Below, in pieces: positions 8,039 through 19,600 of a DNA stretch of 20,736 bases (position 1 is the first letter of the stretch; each line of letters starts with the position of its first letter). A program made the position numbers and the translations under genes. This stretch comes from a virus: positions 100,315-121,050 of IMG/VR virus record IMGVR_UViG_3300009702_000017; one strand, 5' to 3'. Under the pieces are notes generated by a model. That model did no database searches. It was not told the DNA's origin and saw only the letters and a program-made list of their open reading frames with translations.

Positions 8039-8452
8039 AAGTGGACGTACTTCATTGTTATAGTCAAATGCGACAAAGGAAGCGCTTCCAAGCATTCGAG
8101 AGCCCACGCCCACTTGCCATTGTTGTTTGTTGATCTGACATCCATAAGCCTCGAAAATCACTGTATTGGTTACGCGATCCAGAAGCGTCATAGTGAAGTA
8201 GTTGGCCTTGGGGACATTGGCATAGATGGGCTTGATGCCGTTGCCTTCCAATCCACCGTCACGAACACGAACCATGCTAAGCTGACCTTGGATGGCCTGG
8301 ATTCCTGGTGAAATCTCAAACGGAGTAGCCTTGTCAATCCCCCTGCGCTGGATCTTCTGGTTCGTCTCATTGTAAGAGAAGCCAGTTACCTCCGCAAAGA
8401 AATTGCCGTTGATGTAGCACTTTACGTGTGCGCCTACGACTACCTGATTCAT
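8036..8452 (-). CDS. Tail-tube-fold protein (tube or baseplate tube initiator)
   Basis: 138 aa. GAHVKCYING..AEVTGFSY....RRGID...PFEI.PG...IQGQLS..R and FTMTLLDR......FEAYGCQI....W pattern typical of myophage tube-like proteins; ATGA coupling. Confidence 0.7.
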   Translation of the reverse strand: MNQVVVGAHVKCYINGNFFAEVTGFSYNETNQKIQRRGIDKATPFEISPGIQAIQGQLSMVRVRDGGLEGNGIKPIYANVPKANYFTMTLLDRVTNTVIFEAYGCQINKQQWQVGVGSRMLGSASFVAFDYNNEVRPL

Positions 8453-11400
8453 GCTCTCGCCTTCCTGTAGGCTTCGTCTACGTCTTCAGACCAGATACCT
8501 ACCTTCTCGCTCACCTTGTCTCCTGTGGTTGCGTAGCCGCCGTTCCCAAGGCCAATGTCGCTCGGGTACACCAAGTCTGCCACGAGTGGAATGCCAGTGG
8601 CGGCCACACGCTTCAACGCGGTCACTGCTGCGGCTGTTGCTGCGTTTGAGTCAGTTAAGAATGAGATACCCACGGATGCGGGGTCAGCTACATCGAGACT
8701 GGTTCTGGAAGTGAGGTAGATAACGCTTGCCCCAGCTGCCACTGTGACGGGGAAGCGATAGGTGGGGTCCAATACCAGTTGGGTAGAAGAGAGCTTATCC
8801 GTGTACTTCACTGGATAGATGGCGTTGTCGTTTCCATAGCCGATAGCAATATAGCCACTATTTGGAAAGGCTGTTGCATCTGCTACGGTGAGTACAAGGT
8901 AGCTTCTCTGCGTCACCAACTGCATTGTAGTCGTAGTGGCGTAGGCAGTGATTGATGGGCCATTGGGATCGAGTGAGAAGGGGCCCAAGAATGGAGATGT
9001 GGCAGCCGCTGTAGGCACAATGAGCGCGCTGGTCCCTTTGTAGTAAAGGGGTTCATCAGTGAAGGTGAATGTGGTGGCAGTCGGAGTGGTGAGAACAACC
9101 CCGTTGCGTGGCGGACGACCAATCTTGTCCGAACCAGGGATGAAAGCTGTCGAATAAGTAGGAGTTCCACTTGCGTTTGCACCAAGGCTCAATACAATCT
9201 CATTCGACAACTGTACCGAAGCAGAGTTGGCCTGACTGTACGGAGAAGGCTCGGGTACGAGTTCCCATTCGCCTGTCTCGACGTTGTAGTATTCGGCTTG
9301 AGTTACTGGGTTGCCAGATGCGTCTACTCCACCCCACACCAGTACCTTGTTGATACTGGCGATGAACTCTGCGTGACAGTAACGGCGGGCATACTTCATT
9401 GGCGGAATACTATATGAGTGAGTGTTGTTAGCTGTACCAAGCCAGTATAGCTCGGCATCATTAAGCACGCGATTGACACTTTCAAGGCGCTTGTTGCGTC
9501 CATACCCACCGACCACTAGCAACGTTCCGTTCTGCATGTCAGCTACGGCAAAGTTGCATCGTGCTACGTTAAGGGATGCAGTGCTCACCCAATAGCTACC
9601 GGCTATAGGAGTCATTTCATTACAGGTGTCAACAACCTCTGTGTTGGTGTCATCGAGTAGGATTGGCCCTGCACCTGCGCCACTTCCTAGGACAACGCCA
9701 GACGCGAGTTGCCGCCCACCCATGTTTAGGATGGCTGGTGAACCCCAGGCATCTACCCTGAGGGCTACTTGATCGTAGCAAGCATCTGGGAGCGTACCCA
9801 CCGCTACCACAGATCCAGTTGAGAAATCGTACTTCTCAACCGTGTTGGTTGGTGTTGCTCTATCTATGATACCACCGATCCAGTAGTTCTCGCCGTCAAC
9901 GACAACACCTTGTCCAAGTGCCCTTGGATTTAATGGTCCGGCACCAGGAATAGGAGTCCAACCGCTTGCTACATCGACGTATGTGTAGGCGTCTTGGAGT
10001 ACACCCGCCGCTGCGGAGTAACCTCCCCAGAAAATGGGATACTCGTCAATCACCATTCCGCCCATGGCGTAGCGGCGTGCTACGGCAATGGCTCCTGCGG
10101 AAGTAACGGTGTAGTCGTATTGAGTACGTCCGTCTGCGTCTCCACCACTCAACACAGCCGACCCGGTGAACGTGATGTAGGAAGACGTCGCGCTTTCTGT
10201 TGCACCGTCGTAGCCACCAACTAGCCATGCACCAGACCCATCGGTCTTTTTGATGACTAGCATGTCGTACAAGGTAGACGGCTGTGCTTGTGACCAGATG
10301 CTCATTTGTGATGCATCGAGCGTGTAAGGGGAGGTTGCAACTTGACCGGCGACGTGTGCGGGGAGTGAATAGTCGTTGGCTGGATTGTCAATGACAAAGG
10401 TATCGCCTACAGAGAGACCGTGAGAAGACGAGGTAGTAATCGTCGTAACCCCAGCTGTGGTACGCACGATGGAAGAAGCGTCTACAACGCTCCCGGGCGA
10501 GAGAAAGGAGGCTTGACCATTGCTTCGTTCGGTGATTGTAGAGGTGACAGGTAGATACGCTTCAGTCCCCTGATGTACGGAGATGAATGCTGACTTTGAG
10601 GCAGACTGAAGTGAAGCTGGCAATAAACGCCAGACAACGACGTCAGAAAGAGTGGTTGTAGTGACGCCTTGAGCTATTGCGTTGGAGTTGCTTACCTCTA
10701 CGTATTGGACTAGGGCAGAAGGTGTATCCACGAATACATTGGTTACTGGAAACGTACCACGATTGGCGTCATCGAATACGCCCCCAGACACATTCAAAAT
10801 GTCTCCGACCCTAACGCCTGCAAGAGTATTTGTACCCCCACTAGCGTCTGTGCTGATCTCGTATCTAGCCACTCCTGGTTCGGGAATTGTCACACTCCAT
10901 ACGTTGCCAACAGTATTGGACCATGGACTGGTACCGAACTGGAATGCATTCAAAGCGCTTCCGCCTGTCACTTGGATAAACGACCCAAGTCCCAACTCCT
11001 CGGAGAAGAGGACGAGCTTGCTGGTATTGGTAGTGGGATCGAGGTAGGCTGTAGCGTAGGCGCCCACACCCTGCCTATCCATTGCAGCTGTAATGACCGC
11101 CGCTACCTCGTTGACGGTGGCAGCTGCGATGTTAGCGAACTGGACTGCATGGAAGGTAACTCTAGCTGCGTGCTTGCGATTCACGAGGATGCTCAAGGTG
11201 TCACCGTCTACAAGAGCAAATGGTGACGAAGCATTGGTAACGACATGGGCTTGAGTGGCCATGTCTCCGTAGAATACGCCAAGTACCTGCATCAAAGCGT
11301 ATGGTGTGAGCTTATGAAACGCTTCGGTGAGAGCGAGAGCACGGAAGCTTTCGTCGCTCATTCCAATTTTATGGGACTTCTGCACACGGTAGTTGTTGGC

Positions 11401-11961
11401 CAGACGTGTCAGAAAAGGCCCTGTAGCAGTCTTAAGGAACAGCTGGTTGGTTGCTAGACGTGCATTGTCACGTTTGATGGTATCTCCGGTTGCCAAGGCG
11501 GCCACAACTGCATTCCACCCCGAGCCCGCGAACATAGGGGGCAGAAGGTCCTTGATGGAGTCTTCGGTATCGGGAGTGGTGGCTACACTAGGAGCGATAA
11601 CGTTAGCCCCTGCGGTCACTCCACTGTACATGAAAGAAAGGGATGTAGGAGACGTGAGAGGCGTACCAGAAAGTGTCTCGATGGCCGTTGACGCAGAGAC
11701 AGTCCAGTTACCAGTAGTGAGAGCACCAGACAAAAGCAAGTCAACCTGAAGCGTGTTTCCAGGCACGACGATAGCGTTTGTAACGGTGAGTGGTACTGTA
11801 CCGGTGAGAGTCCAGTTTGCTACGTTGAGCGCATCGTTCGTACCTGCGGGATCGCTTTGTTGCGGCGAATACGTGAACGTGACACGTAGGGACGCAGAGG
11901 TCAGTACAACAACCGATGACAACGCGAAGCTGCCTGAGCTAAATGTTGCTGTTGTTGTCAT
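8449..11961 (-). CDS. Large baseplate wedge-like protein (gpI/gp7 position) with N-terminal Ig-like domain and Kelch propeller
   Basis: QLFLKTATGPFLTRLANNY..GMSDESFRAL is wedge-like, as is the C-terminal ALKRVAATGIP. About 6-7 Kelch-type GG/Y/W repeats lie at about 9150-10290. TAATG coupling. Confidence 0.75.
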   Translation of the reverse strand: MTTTATFSSGSFALSSVVVLTSASLRVTFTYSPQQSDPAGTNDALNVANWTLTGTVPLTVTNAIVVPGNTLQVDLLLSGALTTGNWTVSASTAIETLSGTPLTSPTSLSFMYSGVTAGANVIAPSVATTPDTEDSIKDLLPPMFAGSGWNAVVAALATGDTIKRDNARLATNQLFLKTATGPFLTRLANNYRVQKSHKIGMSDESFRALALTEAFHKLTPYALMQVLGVFYGDMATQAHVVTNASSPFALVDGDTLSILVNRKHAARVTFHAVQFANIAAATVNEVAAVITAAMDRQGVGAYATAYLDPTTNTSKLVLFSEELGLGSFIQVTGGSALNAFQFGTSPWSNTVGNVWSVTIPEPGVARYEISTDASGGTNTLAGVRVGDILNVSGGVFDDANRGTFPVTNVFVDTPSALVQYVEVSNSNAIAQGVTTTTLSDVVVWRLLPASLQSASKSAFISVHQGTEAYLPVTSTITERSNGQASFLSPGSVVDASSIVRTTAGVTTITTSSSHGLSVGDTFVIDNPANDYSLPAHVAGQVATSPYTLDASQMSIWSQAQPSTLYDMLVIKKTDGSGAWLVGGYDGATESATSSYITFTGSAVLSGGDADGRTQYDYTVTSAGAIAVARRYAMGGMVIDEYPIFWGGYSAAAGVLQDAYTYVDVASGWTPIPGAGPLNPRALGQGVVVDGENYWIGGIIDRATPTNTVEKYDFSTGSVVAVGTLPDACYDQVALRVDAWGSPAILNMGGRQLASGVVLGSGAGAGPILLDDTNTEVVDTCNEMTPIAGSYWVSTASLNVARCNFAVADMQNGTLLVVGGYGRNKRLESVNRVLNDAELYWLGTANNTHSYSIPPMKYARRYCHAEFIASINKVLVWGGVDASGNPVTQAEYYNVETGEWELVPEPSPYSQANSASVQLSNEIVLSLGANASGTPTYSTAFIPGSDKIGRPPRNGVVLTTPTATTFTFTDEPLYYKGTSALIVPTAAATSPFLGPFSLDPNGPSITAYATTTTMQLVTQRSYLVLTVADATAFPNSGYIAIGYGNDNAIYPVKYTDKLSSTQLVLDPTYRFPVTVAAGASVIYLTSRTSLDVADPASVGISFLTDSNAATAAAVTALKRVAATGIPLVADLVYPSDIGLGNGGYATTGDKVSEKVGIWSEDVDEAYRKARA

Positions 11962-12635
11962 TAGGCCGCATTCCCAACCAAATCACGGACACCAGCTGCG
12001 CTTACCACATAGGTAGTAGCTGGATCCATCTCTTCTGTTACCAGTATGTATACTTGATCCGTCTCCTTAAAGATTGAGAGGATGGTAAGAGCAGGCGAGA
12101 TAGAGTAGTTGGTTGGATCCGTGGCGTCTGTGGTGTTGACTGATTCAGAAAAGGCAACTCGAATGTGGGTGCTGTTTAGCCATGTTCCATTGACAAACGT
12201 AGGCGCCACACCAGAACCAATAAAGGTGAATGAGTAGCTGCCTGCGTAGGCACCGCTTCCATCCGCACTCACAATACCAGCTGGCAATGATAGTGAGTAG
12301 ACACCATCTGTCTCTTGCTCTGTTGTCCCAAGTACAATGCTACTCGAATTGACAGTAAGGGAAGCGATAGATACTGCCGCAGCACCAGTCGTACTGATGG
12401 AGTATTTTGTTTGGTCAAGTGCGTCTCCGCTCACCGTAATAGGTGCGGTGAAGTTCAACGTTAGCAATCCAGCGCTTGCGGACAATGTAGCAGTTAGAGG
12501 TGCGGGTCCAGATGTAGGAGCATCGAAGAGCGCATTGATTCCCTGCATTGGCGTACTCGCGGGACGTGCGTAGATTGGAGTACCGACAAGAAAGCTCTCG
12601 GGGAACAAAATGTGGATCCCAGTGTAAGTAGCCAT
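11961..12635 (-). CDS. Virion protein with two bacterial Ig-like domains
   Basis: LTLNFTAPI....ALDQTKYSI....YSLSLPAGIVSADG and IRVAFSESV...ATDPTNYSIS...TTYVVSAAGVRDLVGN are SbsA/Big_5-type Ig-like signatures. Confidence 0.8.
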   Translation of the reverse strand: MATYTGIHILFPESFLVGTPIYARPASTPMQGINALFDAPTSGPAPLTATLSASAGLLTLNFTAPITVSGDALDQTKYSISTTGAAAVSIASLTVNSSSIVLGTTEQETDGVYSLSLPAGIVSADGSGAYAGSYSFTFIGSGVAPTFVNGTWLNSTHIRVAFSESVNTTDATDPTNYSISPALTILSIFKETDQVYILVTEEMDPATTYVVSAAGVRDLVGNAA

Positions 12636-12642
12636 CGTATGC

Positions 12643-13680
12643 CTATGTAGTCCTCAAGGCAATCCCACCACCAGCACTACACAGCAAGAACTTCCATGTT
12701 TGTCTAGTAAGAGGATTGGCTGGGTCTGTAGCGTTAATGTCCGATTGATCTGCCCATGGCCTGTGGATATTTCGCAACCAGCTTGGAAGCTGGCCATAGA
12801 TACCGACTTGGCCACTGCTGTATTGATTATACATGATACTGGGAAGGAGAGATGCAACCGGCGCTGCTCCAACAAGAGAATCGTACCAGGATGATGCGTA
12901 GTAGGGATAGCAATCCACATAAACGTATGGATTGTTTGTGTTGCCGTTGATAGAGGTCGGCATATTGAATTGCGCGCCGCCCGTATCCCCCCATTTAACC
13001 CCTGGTTGCATTAAACCCATGGGTAGAGCGTTCAGTCCGACTAGGGAGCCAATAGAGAATGCAGAGCCCACCGCCGCCGATACCGTGATTGTGTTAGCTA
13101 CGGTATCTACCGCAGTAACCTCGACTAGAGCAACAGGTAGATTTGCTCCAGACTTATCAGCGGCATTGATAGATGTCACGTTGACCCAATCGTTTACTGC
13201 AAAGATCGAAGCGTCTACCACAGAGAGAACCGTGTCTGTAGAGAGCGCCGCCGTCGATAGAGTAGTGAACCCATTGGCTCCCAAGTATGAGTCATAGTAG
13301 CCGCTGAAACTGGTCTTCCAATAGCCACTATCCAAGGGGCCTACTACAAAGGCGCATGGGTTTGCGTCGTCTCCGGCGAAAACTCCATTGTAGGGCGCTG
13401 CTGGAACGGGCCAGTAAGTGCTTGAAACAGCATTGAGGAGGGTTACGTTATCGGTGTCTATAGCTGGAGCAACCTGGATTCGATTTGAACCGAAATTGTA
13501 TGGAAGGCACTTTACGTAGAGTGGTCGTCCATCGGCAGTCGTATTGTGAACCACCCAGTTGTCTCCATCTGTGTATGAGTCTTGGGTGTACCCGAGGGTA
13601 CTAATAAGCCAGTCGTGTAGACCCTGCATGAAGTCGGTCTTGTTGGTAAAGCCCGTCTGAATGTCTACGTGGTATGCCAT
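12643..13680 (-). CDS. Putative baseplate-associated structural protein
   Basis: Intact 345-aa ORF tightly packed between baseplate genes. The internal module TTLSTAALSTDTVLSVVDASIFAVNDWV...EVTAVDTVANTITVS resembles modules in the wedge proteins. Confidence 0.65.
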   Translation of the reverse strand: MAYHVDIQTGFTNKTDFMQGLHDWLISTLGYTQDSYTDGDNWVVHNTTADGRPLYVKCLPYNFGSNRIQVAPAIDTDNVTLLNAVSSTYWPVPAAPYNGVFAGDDANPCAFVVGPLDSGYWKTSFSGYYDSYLGANGFTTLSTAALSTDTVLSVVDASIFAVNDWVNVTSINAADKSGANLPVALVEVTAVDTVANTITVSAAVGSAFSIGSLVGLNALPMGLMQPGVKWGDTGGAQFNMPTSINGNTNNPYVYVDCYPYYASSWYDSLVGAAPVASLLPSIMYNQYSSGQVGIYGQLPSWLRNIHRPWADQSDINATDPANPLTRQTWKFLLCSAGGGIALRTT

Positions 13681-13682
13681 AA

Positions 13683-16600
13683 CTAGTCTCCTACGAACTT
13701 GATTGTGATGTCGGTTGTGGGGTTCAGTGTTACCGGCTTCTCGTATGCTTGTACTGAGATTAGGTCATTCCCACTGTTGTACGAAGGAGAAAGTACAACC
13801 ACAGACTCCACCCCATTAACCGTGGTGGCAGCCGCAACCAAGTCACTGATAGTGATTGACTTGCCCACACCGCTTCGGTTGATCTCAGAAGCGACTGCCC
13901 CACGAACAGAGTTTTCGATATTGGTACGGTCAACGCTAGTCCAGGTACGAACTAACAAGCTGATTTTGATATTGTGGATGAGTGGCCCGTCAATAAGCAC
14001 GTCGGCACCAGAGGCAAGCAGACCGGGGTAGGCTGGATTGTCCAGGTCGCCGTAGATTGTCTTGGTGGCCTCCTCGAGCAAGCCAGTCCCAGCCTTGTAT
14101 CCATCGGTACCAAGGTGTAAGCTTGTATTAAACGAGAGCTTATCCAAAGAGGTTACGGTAGCGTCATTATTCTCACTGATGCGAGTGAGACCATTATCGG
14201 TATCGAACTTGAGGAAGGTATGTAATCCATCCGTAGAAGGGAAGATACTATGGATGTGCTTCACCAACTTGTTTGGTGTGCCTTCAGTTACATAGATGGA
14301 GTCTACATGTGTTCCCAACGCACCTGGGCTTCCACTCACAGAGGCCATTGGTCTATTGGATACGTCTACGCTAAAGTTGTAGGTGCTGTCGATAGAAAGC
14401 ACGGTCCAAGTACCCTTGTTGCCGCTACCCCAGAAGTCATCTTCGATGTGGATTTGATCCCCAGGCATCAGGCTAGCCTGATTGTAGAAGGTGGCATTGA
14501 CATATACCTCGTCCTCTTCCACACCATTGGGATTCTCAATCCAGAACCCATGCATACCCGGGATCTTGGATACAGAACGCACGACGGGAAATGTACCTTG
14601 GTTGCTTGACGATAGCGCAGTACCAGAGGTAGGTGTGGAGATGGTTACGTAGTCGCCTTCTGAGCCCACGGTAGTCCCAGCTGCATCATAGATAAAATAA
14701 GCCATGTACTTACCGTGCTTCTCCACTCGGATGCGAGTGCTGATCATAGAGGCGGTGGTGGTACGGAAGGCGTTGGTGAGAGTAACCTTGCCATCTGGAG
14801 TGATCCTGGAAAGAGTAGTTGCTGTTGTGAAAGTAGCCTTTTGTGCGGCAGTATTATTGGCAACCTCTACCATATCGCCGGCATGGAATGGCAAAGCCTG
14901 CTCATTGGGAATGAGGATACTCGCATACCCGAGATCCCCATTGCTATAGCCGAAGGTTGGCGTACCATACAAATTGGCTACGGCTATGTTCGCGGTTCCA
15001 CCATCGGTCTGGATAGAACCCTCAGAGCCAAGGGTGAGAGATGAAAGCTGAACGCTCCCATTTGCGTAAGAGACTTCTCCAACGGAAGGCAAGCCAGAAA
15101 CACTAGGAAGTCCCATGTACGCTACTATAGATGCCGGCAGAATGGGAACCAAGTAGATGTTCTCGTTAAACCAGTCCACAGAGCTACCTGCCAGTGAAGC
15201 GTCTACGCTACGCTTGAATGACAGGCTGTAGTTCGTACCAGGGGCAGTTGTGGTCTGCACCCAGTTGATCCCATCGGCAAACGAGTAGTAGGAGCGATAG
15301 GCAGTGAAAGCGTCATTGGTAGAATGCAACACAGAGCCAGTAGGAGTGGTCCCGACGAACGTTCCGGTCATGGGGGCATACGAGATAGCGGCAACAGAAC
15401 TAATGATTGTGCTGATGCCACAGCCGGCCGTATCGAGAGGGAAGAAGGTGAGTAGCGGAGAAGTGCTTCCACCACCTACGCCATCGTTACCCCAAGTCAC
15501 TACGCCATTTCCAGTCACCTGCGTTCTGGTATAGCCTTGAGCATACTGGCTTCCTACGTTGACAAGCTGTACGACCGTCCCACGCACATTGACATCCACA
15601 TGCGAGTTGTCATCAAAGTAGACGAGATCGTTGGCTGCCAATGTAGGCAGAAGGGTTTCACTATATCCTGGCGTGATAGTGCCAATAGCTGTACCCGTTG
15701 TAGTAGCTGTTCCACCGTCATTATATACAACTGTTGCTCCTGTGGTTCCGGCTTGGGTCGTGTAAAGACCAGAGGGGAAGTTCGCGTCAGACGAATTGAG
15801 GTAGAATGCGACTCCAGTTCCCAATCCAGCATCGGTGACTGTGGCAAACGCAGTAGACGGTAGGGTGAGTGTCAGTGTGACAGTTGAGCCCGTGCGACTT
15901 GCAGAGGCAGCAGAAAAACCAGAGACTAGCGTGAGCTTAGTGTAATCGGCCGACGTACCATGAAAGGACAGACCAAACTTTGTGGTAGCGTTGATGGTCG
16001 CCGAGGTCTTCTCTGCACCGGAGGGGAGAATGACTGCGATGTCAGTGTGCTCAGCTGCGGTAGCGCTTGTACCATCGATAGAGATAGTCAAAGCCTTGTT
16101 TGGCGCAGTAGGGTAGTCGAAGTACATCCGAGCCGTGTCGCCATCTGCACCAAGCCTACTGTAACGCCACAGGGTAGCTAATGTGGGATCGGTAGAATGG
16201 CTTACGGTACGAGAGTGCATGAAGACGGCCCAGTCATTGAAGTCAAAGGAATCGCCGAATGTGTTGGCCAACGTGAGTCCTGTAGCTGCATCCACATACG
16301 AGTTGGTGTTACCATAGGTCGCACTGGTAGGACTCACCTTCACACCCATTGGGACGGAGAACGAATGGCTTCCATCAACCATCAAGTTGAGTGTGTCATC
16401 AGGAGAAATGGCGTATGGATGGACTAGCTCAATGCGATCATGCGGAAGCGTTGTACCAAAAGGGGTACGAAGCGTTAAAAACGAGCAACCGTAGTTGACG
16501 GCTTCAGGCGTGATAGATGCGATAGCGCTTTCGTATCCCACAAGCGAGCCATAGCGCTCTATGTCTCCAGTCTGAGTAGGATAGTACGGAGTATTCTTCA

Positions 16601-19600
16601 GACCCTTTAGCACCATGTCTTCACGAATGGCATAGAGGTTCTGTACCGCTGCGTCAGAACTGAAATTGTAGACAGACACACCAGCAGAGTTCACTCCCAA
16701 TACGTTATTGAAGAAAAAATGTGGGGTTCTGGTATCGTCTCCACGCACGTAAGCGTATGTACCATTGTCAGATACCTGTGCTGTAGCTGGCGAGAGTGCG
16801 ATTGGTGTGGTGTCAGTGGCAGCGACCAAAGCCACGTCTCCATGGCTTCCAAATGTGTTGGTGCGAACCCTCAACGAAGCAGTGTTGTGCACATAAGCAA
16901 ACGCGCCGTTTATGCTTCTGTTGATGTACTCCGCAATGGTAGGAGCGAGGTAGCCGAGCCCTCCACCAAGTGTAGTCATTTGAAGCGCCTTGTCGGTACG
17001 TGCGAACGCAATGCCTCCATTGATAAACGCACCCACCATTCTTCCGATGTCGTGTTGGAACTGGTTTTGGCTGGTATCCAGAATTTCTGATGTAGCTACC
17101 CCAAGAGTCTGATTGGCGAAGTCTGCGCGTCCACCTACCATCATCAATAGCGCGGTATCAATGTAGGCAGAACGAGCACCGATAATATAGTTAGGCGTGA
17201 GGTTGTTGGCGTAGCTGCCCACTGCCCATGGGCCAGTCCCACTCCCATCTGTCTGGATCTCTACGAGAGCAGTAGACGCTCCACCGCCCATGGCGTAGAG
17301 TGAACTGGTAGTGGCATCTACAAGCAAATCGAAATCATAGCGTGAGTGATTGAGGCTGTTCGCAGAGGTTGTCCATGTTCCTCCAGTTATACTGTATGTT
17401 TCTACGCTCGTAAGGGTTGTGATAGTACCAATCCATCCGATTCCGCCAGCTGCTACCACATCTCCAGATGCCAGGACTGCCATACCAAACAGACTGCGAG
17501 GGGTATTGAGTGCGCCCGTGCTTGAAAAGGTACCTGCGGTGTGAGAGTAGATTTCACATGTCGAGATAGGGTCAGAAGGGCTGATCTCTCCACCTGCAAT
17601 GAGTGCGTCTCCATTGGGCAAAAGCACCTGACTGTGATTGGCTCGTGCATTTACCATTGGGATGGCTGCGCTCCATGTATTTGTAGTAGGATCGTATACG
17701 TAACCGACAGAAGAATAGTTGTTGGCAGTCGTAGCAGTATCGTTTGCCACACCACCGGTCACGAGTACGGTCCCGTCTCCCAGGAGCGTGGCCCTGTGTT
17801 GTGCCAATGCGATTGGTAAAGGGGCGGCAAGGCTCCATGTTTTTGTAGTAGGGTCATATAGTTCACAGGTGTCTGTAGCTTGAACTGCACCTGAGTCCGC
17901 ATTGGTAAAGCCACCGGTCACGAGTACCTTGCCAGTATTTAGCAGTGTGGCTGTATGGTCGTAGCGTGCATTAGCAAGCGAACCCACCGCAGTCCAGGTG
18001 AGTGTGGTATGGTCATACTCTTCTGTGATTGTGGTACCTGTGATGCCACCAACAGCGAGACCTTTGTCAGTTGCGATCTTGGTGAAAGTATGCCCGGCCC
18101 GTAACGCATTTAGACCACGGATTTCGATGTCAATATAGGTTCCAAGCGCATCTACATATGCCACCCGATGGCTACCACGAAGTACGTCTGGAGCGGTGAA
18201 GTCCCATACGATCATCCAATCACCAGCTCGTACATTCAGAAATGGTGCGCCGCTGGAAGCAGTGAGACGATAACGATAACCCCATCTCTCGTAGCTATGG
18301 ACACCACCCGTGAATGATGTAGACGCTGTGATGCCCGTGTTCACTACTGCGCCGCCGCCATCTACCACAAACCACATGCTCAAGTCAGATGTCAGAGGCG
18401 CACCAGTTATAGTACCGGATTCAATGAACTGTCTGATGTTTGCTGTGCCTACAGATAGACTGTCCCCTGCATTGAGAGGTGTCTTCAGCTTGATGTCGCC
18501 ACTGAAGCGATCCAACGTGTAATCTGAATTTTTGCCAATGGACACAGCCACATTGAATACGCCGTTGTTGATGAGCGTACCACCTGAAACAATTAGCTTT
18601 GACCTAAAAGAGTTAGCTAGGTTGCTTTTCATCAATAAAGTGTTACCGTTGACAGTGACCGTCACGCCAGGAATGACATAGTTCAAAACAGATGCCCATG
18701 CATCGAGTGAGTTTGGACCAACAGACGTGAACTTGGTGCCTGCATCAACGAAGTCTTGGTCGGTAATGGTATAGGTGGTACTTGCAGTACCATCTACTGA
18801 TAGCGTAAGTGTCTGGTTGCCTATAAGCGCCTTCCACTCACTGAAGCTGTTTCCCATTAGGGTTGCGGTCTTCCCGTCCCTGGACAAAAGTACGTCATTG
18901 CGATAGAGCCACAGAGTATCTGTCAGTGTGGTGGTGAACCCAAGAGCATCGTTGGCGTCTGTATAGGCTGTCTCCGCTGTCGTCACCTTTAGATACTCAT
19001 TGGTATGTGCCTTGGAAAATAAAGCTACCTGCGTGCCACTGTTGACAGTCCTGGCGCCAAAAGCGAGGGTGTTGTCGCGGTTGATTGAGGCAGCTATCTC
19101 ATAGGCAGTCGCAGCGCCAATGTCTCGGAAGTCGGCTGCCTCAAAGTAATGGACCGCAATGGCGTCTCCCACTATCACACGGAGTTGTGCGCCTGCGGTC
19201 AGGGTAAATGGTGCGCTTGATATAGATTGTACAAACGCCTTGGCTACTGGCACATTGGAGAGCTTGAAATATTGCTCACCACCTACCGCTGCCTCCACAA
19301 GAGGCTCACTGGGAATGGCATCGTAAGAGGGTTCGTATCCATTTCCATCATCAATGTACAGAACAGTCGGCTCACCCACACGCTTCACTAACTTTGATGA
19401 TGTGATGCGCTTGTTGTCTGTACTAGAGGTAAGCCCCAGTACACCATACTCAATAGCCGAGTCTACACCACCAATGACTCTGGAGGCTTCGATTGTGCGC
19501 AAACGATCGCGGTACTCTTCTATTGTCTCCGCGTCTCTACCATTGCTGAACCTCAATGGATTGGTTACGATAGCGCCTGTAAATGGATCTGCTACAAAAC

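Noticed and set aside
17060-18115. Galactose-oxidase-like enzyme activity for the Kelch domain
   Set aside because: Only the repeat pattern is visible; the copper ligands and Cys-Tyr cofactor residues could not be identified.
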